DNA from: Antedon mediterranea
Taxonomy: Eukaryota; Animalia; Echinodermata
Assembly: GCF_964355755.1 (NCBI RefSeq)
Contig: NC_092670.1
Coordinates: 15,796,795 to 15,860,794, forward strand
Reading direction: 5' to 3'
Length of the DNA: 64,000 bases
The translations under genes were made by a program, and so were the position numbers. Position 1 is the first letter of the stretch, and each line of letters opens with the position of its first letter. Below are positions 39,001 through 51,000 of the stretch, one piece after another. The notes under the pieces are model-generated. The model searched no databases and was not told the DNA's origin. It worked only from the letters and a program-made list of their open reading frames with translations.

Positions 39001-42000
39001 CTTACTAAGCCACAGGTAATAAGAAATAATAATATAAATAAATATATAATATATTATAGTATGTTTTACATTCTACTTTATACATTAGCAGTATCATGTC
39101 TAGAGAATATAAACATTTTGCAGTATCATGTCTAGAGAATATAAACATTTTGCAGTATCATGTCTAGAGAATATAAACATTTTGCAGTATCATGTCTAGA
39201 GAATATAAACATTTTGTAGTATCATGTCTAGAGAATATAAACATTTTGCAGTATCATGTCTAGAGAATATAAACATTTTGTAGTATCATGTCTAGAGAAT
39301 ATAAACATTTTGTAGTATCATGTCTAGAGAATATAAACATTTTGTAGTATCATGTCTAGAGAATATAAACATTTTGCAGTATCATGTCTAGAGAATATAA
39401 ACATTTTGCAGTATCATGTCTAGAGAATATAAACATTTTGCAGTATCATGTCTAGAGAATATAAACATTTTGCAGTATCATGTCTAGAGAATATAAACAT
39501 TTTGCAGTATCATGTCTAGAGAATATAAACATTTTGCAGTATCATGTCTAGAGAATATAAACATTTTGCAGTATCATGTCTAGAGAATATAAACATTTTG
39601 CAGTATCATGTCTAGAGAATATAAACATTTTGCAGTATCATGTCTAGAGAATATAAACATTTTGCAGTATCGTGTCTAGAGAATATAAACATTTTGCAGT
39701 ATCATTATTTAATAAGGTAGTTTAGAGGTTAGGTTAAGTTAGTATTTAGGAAAGAAATTAACAAAGCAGAATATTTTACGAGATGATACAATTTTAATTT
39801 GTTTTGCAACTTAACAGATACTCAAGTAACTCTAGTATTGTGCACAATATTTTTATTTTCAGAGATGAAGCCCAACAAGTGTCCGCACTGAAACTTGTCA
39901 ATGGAACTCTCAAAGTTCTGAAAGCTAAGGAAGTACACAGTTTGCTTCCCTCTATTGTCAATTTTGTGAGCAACTCAAGTGCTGCCTGTAGAGAGGTGAT
40001 GTTTGATATTTTGATGTGGATCTTTGATAACTACAGGTAAAGTGTGTCTATCTGACCCAACAGTAAAAAACAGCAGTTACAAATTATTTCACAGTACTTT
40101 AAAGGAATAATATTTCTAACCAGTTTTGTTTGGTATTCGGGTATTTCAGAGATGAGACTGTGCTAGCAGAAGAAGGTGCAAAGGATGTATTAGAGATGGC
40201 TCGAGTCGCTCTTCTACAGGGACTTACAGATGAAGAGCCAGCTCTTAGGTATATTTATGTTCATAACTAATTACCATCTCATTACTAAGGACATTTTGTC
40301 TTGTCTACATATTTCAACATTGTATACTACTTTATTTAAATAAGACAGACATTTTCCCAAATAGACTTGTGGTGCGAAACTTCTGGAGCCATGAAACTAG
40401 GCTACCAGCAAGTACTGTGGATCGAATGGTAGCAATATTACAATGCATGTACTGTCCAATCACAGAGACTGATTTCCTTAGCTATGCAACCAATTTACTA
40501 TTAGAGATGACATCACGCAGCCCCGACTACAAGAGAGAAATATTTGAAACCCCACTGTCGGAATGTAGATTTGAGGCAAGTATTGAGTAAATGTAAGAAG
40601 TGAAATAAATATGTATAAATAAACTACAGTAGAACATCGCGTTTTGAACAACCCTTATTAAAGGGGAAAGTATTCTGCTGTATATGACATGGTGAAACAA
40701 TCGTATTTATGCTATTATTTTTGTTTTCTTCTTTCATAGGAAGTTATAATAAGCCATTCCTGGAGGCAACGTCATCAAGCGATATCAACGCCATTATTTG
40801 TAGAAACTCAATCTAGCCAATCTTCTAGTGGTTCAGGTTCTCCTCCGTCTTATCAGGACCAGGTAGGGGGTAATATACGGGCCACTCAAGATGCACAGCA
40901 GTTCATGGCAACTCAAGAGATTGGTAGGTCTTATTTTATTTATATAGAGATTAAAAATAATAAAATTTGGTATATCTTTATTTTTTTAAATGACACAAGC
41001 AGCCACTGTACATCATAAGCCTACATGATAAGTAGTTACAAAAATAAAAATATATTTAAAAAAAGCAGACTATCAAAACATAATCTACAAAACTTTCTTA
41101 AATCAAAAGGAATACGAAGGAGAGGATGAGATTTAAGGCCAACATCAAGTTCGCGGAAAGGCGGGAGCATAATCCGGAATATGTCAGAAGCAAGAAGCTT
41201 CTCACCGAAAGACAACACCAGACAATCAGGCCCTATAGTATTATTCAAAGAGCCTGTGTTTGAATTCTCTCATTAAACAAAAGAGAGAAAAATAAATTGT
41301 TTTATTACTTCATTGCAGATGCAACTGGAAACAGAAAGAATGCATATAATTGGTTGACAGGAAGCCAAGATACATTTAGTGAATTCGCAACAGGTTCAAG
41401 CCTCTCGTCATCATCTTCTTCACTGCTTTTCACGCTAAGTGAACCAAGTAAGAAACGCAAGTTTGGCAGGAAGGACTACAACAAACCAGTTGGGCCTGGG
41501 TTTGGAAAGGTTAAGCCTAAAGCAACAGATGCCCCAGATGCAGGTACTGTGTTTCCACTTACATCTATAAACCAACAATAAGTACTTCAGTTTCTGGACG
41601 TTACGATCAATATGTTTTGATCGTCCTCGTCCTTTGATCAACTACTGAGGACGATCAAAGCATATTGATCGAAACGTCAAGAAACTCAACAGTTCTTTTC
41701 AGAATTAACATACATGGTGTACTTAAATCAAACTTATATCTTTATATCAACAAACTTATATCAACATTTGATTTCGCCATGCAAACCTCTAAACAATATA
41801 TATGTTCTACATTTGTTTGTTTTTTTTATGACTTTTTTTATATTATAATTGTTTGAGCTTGTCAACAAAACGAATTTCCTTTTGGACCAATAAAGATTAT
41901 TCTGTAAAGACCATTGGTACTAAAAAAAAACATTAGCATTTTTAGTTTATCCAGGTATCTTTCAGCATATTCTATGATATTTCATCATTATAAACTTTGT

Positions 42001-45000
42001 AGGTGATGCTGCATCAGCAAGAAACAAGGAGATACTTCGTCTGAAACGACGTTTTCTGAAAGATAAGTCACAACAGCATGTCCACTTTGCTCGTAAAGAA
42101 TCAAAAAAGAAACAAAAGATTTCGGTAGGAATGTTGTATTTAAACTTTGGTTCAGTAAGCAAGAATCTATATATAAATTTACGTATAAACAAAATTAACT
42201 TACTGTTAACTGATTTAAATTTGTTAGGAATGTTGTATATAAACTTTGAATCAGTAACCAACATTTAAGAACAAAATTGACTTACTGTTAAACCGGTTTG
42301 TTCTGTTTAAAAGCATGAGACAAAGCAAGAACATGAAAAGCATCTGAATGCTGTAACAATGTACCGTCAGTATCGTAAAGGAGATCTACCAGACATCCAG
42401 ATTAAGAACTCTTATGTTATTGCACCACTTCAAGCATTAGCTCAGGTAATCATTATCTAATCCTTCTTTTCCTTTTACACTTATACACTAAACAAAGCTT
42501 GTATTGATTAATCGTATTCGACCTGGCTGTTTTGGGATGATCTAGCTCCTTAAACTTCTGCCGGTTTATATTTGAGCAGTTGATCTGCGAGGTGTTTGTG
42601 AGTGACCAGTTGAATAAGCCTCTTAATTACATTTTTTGAGTATGTTTATTTGTTGGATCGTTCCATTCCTTTATGGGTAACATTATATATTTTCCCCTAC
42701 AGCATGATGCTACTTTAGCACAGATGTTGTTTACAGCCCTCTTCTGTGGAATATTTACACAAATCGAAGAAGTAAAGCGTGAAGTGGAAGCAGCAACAGT
42801 AGTCAGTGATTTAAATCAACATCTAAACAACATGATCAGTTCCTCAACTAAATACTTCCCTCCATTCATTCACAGTATACAGGTAAATCATGATATATCG
42901 TTCTTGTACCTTTTTCACACCTTGATAAATTGTTACAACTGAAAGTGCAAACTGTGAAATATTTCAGGAGAATGCATAGTTGTGCGCTATTTAATTACTA
43001 TGATTGGCCAGTACAAGGCAATACATGCGCGCGCAGTTAACAACTTTACTTTATTCGAGTCTAGTCTACAGACAAGTTTGCATTGTCATTTTGTCCATTA
43101 TCATCCAAATACTCAAGTGCAGAATTAATTCATTTTTTAGGAGATAACATTCCATCATTCCAAGCAACTGAACCTTGACCCCTCTGCAGTGAGCACAGCT
43201 AGTTTAATGAGCCAGGAAATAAATATGGGTGAGTTTTTTTTATCGAAATAATGGATGTTATAATTATAATTAGGTCACTCTTTGTTTATTAGAGTACTAA
43301 CCTTTATCGCTACTCTGTATTGTAGGAATTGTTTTATTAGAAGAAAAGTTAATGAAAAAATGTTGGAGTGAGGAGAGTCGTCGAAAGAAACCAAGGTTAG
43401 ACAAAGATCAACTGTCGCCAGAGATTAGCACATGGATTGAACTTTCCAGGTGAGTTATAAAGATAATCATAAATTTATTGATGCCCTTAAGTCTTATGTA
43501 AGTTCCACACACATTTGAAATCCACCTACAATGTGCCACTAGGTAGTCGTAATGTAGTTATGATGTTTAACATTTGATTTACCAGAAATAATTTCACAAT
43601 TCAATACAATACAAGGTATACACAATAACTTCTTTTCAGACTGTACAAAGCTGTTGGCGAGTTTGATGTGCTTCAGGGTATCTTTACAAGCAGGATAGGC
43701 ACAAAAGACATCACCAAGAAAGCAGTAGAGACAGAGGCTAGAGGGGACTATGCAACTGCATGTAAGCTGTACAATGAGGTATGATTATAACTCACTCTAT
43801 CAGGCAGGTCAAAGGTTGTTTCGAAACGTGTTAATTTCTTCTTTTTTTTCACCATTTAGGCTTTGACATGTGATGATTGGGCCCGTCCAGAACCCCAACA
43901 AATTGAACAAGATTTTTGGGATGAAGCTCGTCTAAATGTAAGTTTTCCTTAATTTCACTTGTTTTTCATGACTTCATTTTCAGTAAAAATTTTGTATAGA
44001 ATTATTGTGCAATTGTCTTTAGTGTTGTAACCAACTGAGCCAGTGGAAGGAACTTGAAAAATATTCTGTTGAAAACATTGATGAGCAAAGACCACCTGAC
44101 CTCACTCGGATCTGGTCTGACCAATATTATAAGGTATGTTCCTATTTTGAATATATATCTTGCATTGAATATATGCTGTTGTATACAGTCATCGTTAAAC
44201 CACAAGTCTATGAAATCTCGCCTTACATTTTTATTTATGATTTTGTATACATTTTTGAATATAGGATTGCTACATGCCATATATAGTAAGAAGCAAATTG
44301 AAACTGTTGCTAGCTGGAGGAGAAGATGAGTCACTATTACAGTTCATTGACCTTTCAATGAAAGACCAAGATAAACGTGATTTTCTGGAGGTAAACATTT
44401 TGAAACATCATTTGAATACTTTTTAAAATTTGTTAACAATTTTTCCTTAATATTGTTTTAAGCTTTTTCTCTAGGACTGATCTTTCTGATCGATTATTCA
44501 TTATCCTTTTTTAAAAATATATTGTCCCCCTGAAAAAATAATTTTGATATAATTGGATCTAAAAAAGCATTATTTACCTGAAAAAATGTAGTTTAACGGG
44601 AAGAAAGAGTCAAATTGACTGGAATAGGTTTTGGTTTAATTTAACCGTTTATTTTAGTTTTTTTTTTCAACGGAAGTGATTATCTTGATTAAAACTGCAG
44701 GATGGCCTTTTCAAAAAGCTCTGTCTACACTATCAAACTAGTGTGATGTGCCTAAATATGGTAGTGATATGCTTAAATATAGTAGTGATATGACATCATC
44801 ATATATATTTGTTAAACTAGTTTGATAGTGTAGACAGAGCTTAAGTCTTTCTTGTTATGTGTTGAAGTCATATTGTTCTGTTTCAGTCTTCATTCAGTGA
44901 GGAGTTGGGCCTTTTGTACATCCTTCAAGAAGATTACAACAGAGCAAAGTATTACATAAATGAGTACTTGCAATTATTTTTACAGGTAAATTATTCACTA

Positions 45001-48000
45001 AACCTATTTTGTTAAATCAAGAATCTTGGAAGTTCTCACCTTTATACCTAGCATTTTGTCAAGTATATTTCTTGCTTTGTATATTTGTTTGCATGACAAC
45101 GTTCATCATTTTCATTTCATCGTCCAGAATTTTTCTTTTTTTTCAATACAGGTAACAAATAATCAATATATTGGTGATGTCACAAAAGCTTTCTAAAAAG
45201 AGTTACTAAAAGAGTTTTCTGTATTATACTTCTTCCTGGATCTGCCATTCATAATGGACTGAAATATTAAATGAGTGTTAAACAATTTGTAATTTTTGCT
45301 AGAATTGGTGTGGTCTTGGTCAGCTTATGTCAACAAGCCGAATGAAAGAGCTTCGTAGTGTACAGAGAGTAACTGAAGTCAAAGAATTTCTTCATGTCAT
45401 TACGTCAAGTAAACCAAATGGTTCCGATAATGCTGCCATTTTCTCGTTGCTTGATAAGTGGAATAGTCGATATCCAGACCCAACGCAAGATCCTATAGAT
45501 ATTTGGGATGATGTCACAACTAATAGGTAATGTTCCAACCAATCAGTTTTTCATTGAAATAAGTTGATTATTTCACTCATTGCTTCATTCCTCAAGAAGA
45601 CACTTGTAGCATAGCAACAAAAACATCAAGACATTCTCAACTCTACCATAATTTTCTTTTTTTTTTTAAATGCTGTTCATCAAACCTTACTTTACTTAAG
45701 CTCTGTCTACACTATCAAACTATTTTGACAAAAAAAGTGTGATGTGCACAAATATAGTAGTGATATGCTTAAATATGTTAGTGATATGACATCATTGTGT
45801 CCATATATGGGCACATCACATTTTTAACATAAAGTTTGATAGTGCAGACAGAGCTTAAAGTTTCTTGTAAGTGTAATAGTAACAATATAAATAATTAATA
45901 GCTTCATTTGCACGAGTAAAAGAGATATAGAAGAGAACTTGTGAATTGTTTTAATGAATTAGTTTTTTTCTAAAGGTCCTTTTTTATGGATAAGTTTACA
46001 ACAAGAGGAAGATCAGATGACACGGAAGATAGTGAGATGATCTCACAAGATACAAATTTATGTGAAAGAATTGAACTTGGAAACCTGACGATGCAATTGA
46101 AGATGGCAGACAGTGCTTGTCAAATGGTAAGATACTCTCTTGTTTAATAATAATAATAATAATAAGAATATTTATTCGCCAATTTCACAAATGAAAAAAA
46201 ATAACCAGGAGTTAGAATAGGCTAAAGACCAAACAGATTCTGCACTCAATCCATACAATACAAACAGTTACGATAAAACATTATACAAGAAAATTAAACA
46301 ACTGTAATACAAACACAACTAGTATACATTTAACATGAATAAAGTGTTTTGTTAGAGCAGCCTTAAATATTGAAATTGTTTCTTTACAAAAAAAGCATTT
46401 TCCAATCCAAAATAAACAAGAAATATTTCTTACAAAAATGTAACTTCACAGCGGTACAAGTGAGAAAATTCTTCCCAGTCTGTTGATTCGTGTCAACCAA
46501 TCAAAGGGCGAGAATCGTTCAACCGTGAGCCCTCATAGACTCTCTTTTCCCAGACGGTTTTTGGGTCCAGCAGCTGGGATCTATAAATTATAAATAAAAC
46601 TGTCGGATACTGTAACTGCTGCTTGCTTTAGCTTCTGAATGAGTAGTCCTCAAGAGACGTAGCTGGCTAGAGCAGCAGCGTGAAAAAATAATCTTGAAAT
46701 AGTTTTTGTTCTCTTTTAGGCAAACTTTTCAGTTGCAAAGAAAAGTCTAAAGAAAAGCTACTGCATCCTTGAAAACCATGGTAGTCTGCTGCCAGAGTGG
46801 ACATTTGCATATGTGAATATGCATCAAACACAGGCACCGTTATTGGATGCCAGTAGCAGAGTTACTACAGTGTTAGCAACGTTTAACCCCTTAGGTTAGT
46901 AAGAAATACTATAGCCACATATACAGTAAGTCTCCGTTTTAACAAAAGCCCTGTTTGGTAATAATTTAAAAGATTCTATTAGTGAAAGACTGGGAGAGTT
47001 TACAGTTTTTTTCAGATGTTATTTCATGAGGAACTGTTTTTCAGCCGCTTGGGTCACTAAAGAGAGATTATCTTTTTTTTTACATCTCGGGTCACTAATG
47101 AGAGATTATCTTTTTTTTTACATCTCGAGTCACTATTAAGATAGATTATCTTTTTTTGACAGACAAACTGAGTAGCTTACCTGTTTTGCAAGAAGAGATG
47201 CCAATTAATATTAGATTTAATCTAAAATTGAGCAGCTCATATGAAATTATTGCACATACACTACTTGAGTCAGGTAAGAGAAATAAGCTGTTTACTTGGA
47301 ATCAAAGTTTTATACAATCTGTTATAATCATCAGTTATGATACCTTCTAGCTATATTATTATCTTCTAGGTGAGACAGTCTTTCAAGAAATAGATGAAAG
47401 TAAACTGCGGAAATTAAAAGAGTTGATTACTATCCAATCAGATGATCCAAATGAGGTAACTGTATGAATTTTAAGAGTTCAGCTTTTTTTGCTGTATCAT
47501 AATGGCTTACGTTATGTATACAACTATAGCATTGTAGCTTGAAAATAAACAAATAACAAGTAAAAAAATAATAAAATAAAGGAGACAAAATAAAGTTACA
47601 ACAATAACTTGTATATGTCTGATACTTAGATTGCAGAGGATTTATTTAACAACGCCTACAACCATCTTAAAAAGGCTGTGGAATGTGCCTTCCAGGCAAC
47701 ATCTGGTGAGGTTGGGCCTATAACTAGTCAGGCCCACATGGCCATGGCTTCATACTGTGATAAGCTGCTTCGATATCAAGAGGAAGGTACAATGTGCTTG
47801 AAGATTATTTATATTAAAGAATAATTAACTAAGCTCATTGGAAAAATGTCCCTAATTCTTTTTATACATGGTGTTGTAGGTTTATGTAATAAAGGTCTTT
47901 TCCCTCTCATTTAAAACTTCCTCTTCATTTAATAATCATATTTATCTCATCAACCTTACCAAATTATACAAGAAGTTAAACCTAAACAACTTGTATACAT

Positions 48001-51000
48001 TTTTCCATTATTATTATCATTATCGTCAAATTAGACTTATTTAGATTTCATTTCCTAATACAGATACGATGTTAAACCTACAAAACTTTGGAGCGTTTCC
48101 ACTTGCCATAGTAACCAACACACTTCAGGCTATGAAGGATGGTTCATCTGAAGCAATTCAGAGATTCCCTAGACTCCTCCAACTGGTAGAATCCCATCCA
48201 GACACTGCAAAGGAATTTATAGAGAAGGTGAACATAATACAGTGCAGTAATAGGACATGTTTTTTTTTCTCATTCCAAGCAATGGTGCCTGCCTTTATTT
48301 TATCTCTAGGCCACAGGCCCATAGATTCACAATATATTACAGTAAGGTTGACTCTCTCCTTTTTAACGATACAAATAAATACTTATACAGATTAACATAA
48401 GCATTTTAATACATCTGTTAGTAACTTATATAACTTTGGATAAGAGGAATTACGCCAATAATAAGGACTCAGTAAGGTTTCCCTTTCTGCCATATAAGCC
48501 GGACATACAAGACAAAATTGATTTATTTATTTATACCAAAGGATTCAAAATTAGCTGGTAATATGTTTGGCTTGAACCCATAATTTTCTAAATCATAAGC
48601 CTGGCATCATACCTCAACACCAGCAATCTTGAAGTTGTTTTAATATTTTTTCAGGCTAGCAGTGTACCCTGTTGGATGTTTATTAGTTGGATTAGTCAGA
48701 TGGTGGCTTTATTGGATAAAGATTCTGGTCACACAGTTCATGGCATAGTAACAGATATTGCTACAAATTATCCTCAGGTACTGTACATATATATATGCAA
48801 CTGAACCTATTATTATTTATTTATACTGGGCGACCTCAAAGACTGGTCCCCCAGAGACCCAGTTATGATCAGTAGCTGTGATGTACTTGTACACCAAGGT
48901 TATCCCTACTCATCTTGAAAGATGTACTAGGTTCTTTAAAGTGCACATGAGCTAGATGTGTACACTGGACCTATAGTTTATAGTCCTTATCCGAGAAGAC
49001 TTTTCTACCACCAGAACCATGGGACAAGTGAGCCTCGAATCCTTGCCGATGATATTGCAACGGTTCCACTTTATTAACCGCTAGGCCACTCACTGCTCTC
49101 GCCGCAACCTATGATTCTCCGATTGGGAAGCCTTCATAACCATCATGCTTTAGCACACTATTTTATCAGCAACTGTCACATAATTACAAACAACATTAAT
49201 CTTTATTATTTATATTCCTCCACATCAGGCCCTTTGTTACCCTTTCAAGATCAGTAGTGATAATTTCAAGTTTGACAAAAGTACCAACACTGGAGTGAAG
49301 AATGCTGAAGCGGTGGAGCGTATCCAAGATGAGCTGGCCAAAGTACCCATGATAGAAAGCTTTATCAATGCTCTTAACCAACTTAGCAATCCTGATCATC
49401 TGTTCAAAGTAAGTAACTCAGTTTAACCAAGCCAATCTATGGATGCTGAAATCCGGAGTTCAATGGGTTTATCTGTGGCTGCGACATGTTCAGTTCTACA
49501 AGCCGTAACAGTACAGTACTGTGGTATTTGTCGCCAGACATAAGATAAGGACTATTATGAGTTCCTATCTTGGGAAGGCGAGCTCGTTGTTCTGTTGTCA
49601 ACACTACCCCTTCTAAGGGTGCTATAAGATGTGGTATGTAGTGGTGGAGAGGTTTGCAAACTGCAAAGTTAAAAGAATAAAAGGACAAAAGGACAAAACA
49701 TAACTATAAATAGTTACACTGTTTTCATAAACCGATCATTCACCCATATTTGCTTTATCTTTTGCTCAGGATTGGACTAAGGAAATAGTTCAGTTGTTTA
49801 AGGCTCCTGTACTTGACAAGTCAGCCATTCTGAAATCATTTAAACAGATGTATACAGCTTTGTTTGATTACAGTAGTTCTCGTGGTAACGCTGATCCTGG
49901 TGCTGCTGTGTTTGGAAACTTTAGACGTAAATTCGCTCAGGTGCTGTGTTTTATTTTGCTTGTTTCTAGCTTTTTTATGCCAGAATTCAAAGAATCAACA
50001 TACTCAAAATTGAAATATTTAAATTATAGTGGTTTTTCGTTTCAGGATTTTCAAAAGAAAGTCATTGCTGAATTTGGAAAAGATGGCAGCAAGTTGGCAA
50101 AGAAGGTAATCAACTTATATTTGACATGAATGATTTTGTGTTAGTAATAATTTTAAGAGATACATATCATCAATACATGGAATATTAACATGAAAACTTG
50201 TATGTTGGTGTATATATCAAATCATTATTTAAACTTTGGATCACAACACATAAATCTCTGAAATTTTCCTTTAACAGCTGATAAAAAATTCTTTTCAATT
50301 TATGTGTTGTGATCAAAAGTTTAAATAATTATTTGATAATCAATTACAGTTTAGGTCTGAAAAATTCCCAATTGAAATTTGTTAGTACAAGCCAGGTTGT
50401 AATTATTAATCTTGATTGTAATCCTGTACATAGACGGTGTCTGCAAGCTGTAGAAAGATACAGGCTGAAATTGAACGGACAAAGCGGTCCATCCCAAGTA
50501 ATATCAAAGAGTATTCAACTTGGTTCTTGGACTTCCACACAATCAATCCAAATCAGGAGCTGGAAATTCCAGGTAACAGTCAGTTATTTTTGTTTTACAA
50601 ACTTTGTTAATCACACATAAGCAATATCTTTCTTAAATACTAAGTATTTCACTTAAATCACTACAAATGTAAGGATTCATAAAGTGGTATTCACTTAGTT
50701 GGAATAATACTTAAATTCTAAACTCTGTCTACACTATCGAACTAGTTTGACAAAAAAAAGTGTGATGTGCCGAAATAGGTTAATAATATGTCATCATCAT
50801 GTCCATATATTGACGCATCACAATTTGTTGTCGCATAAAGTTGGATAGTGTAGACAGCTTAAAAGTATTTCTCTTAGCCTGTGATTAGTGAATATGATCA
50901 CAGGCATGGATATTCTATTTCCTAATCTAAATTTAATTTATTTCAGGTCAATATGATGGCAAGACAAAACCACTACTATCACACCATGTGACTATAGCTG

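Noticed and set aside
41036-41248. Antisense 70-aa ORF in a PRKDC intron
   Set aside because: No recognisable domain; it may be a decayed LINE 3' end, but I cannot support a call.
50278-50305. Possible PRKDC micro-exon after ttaacag
   Set aside because: There is no good in-phase donor, and the flanking exons already join in frame with near-expected spacing.
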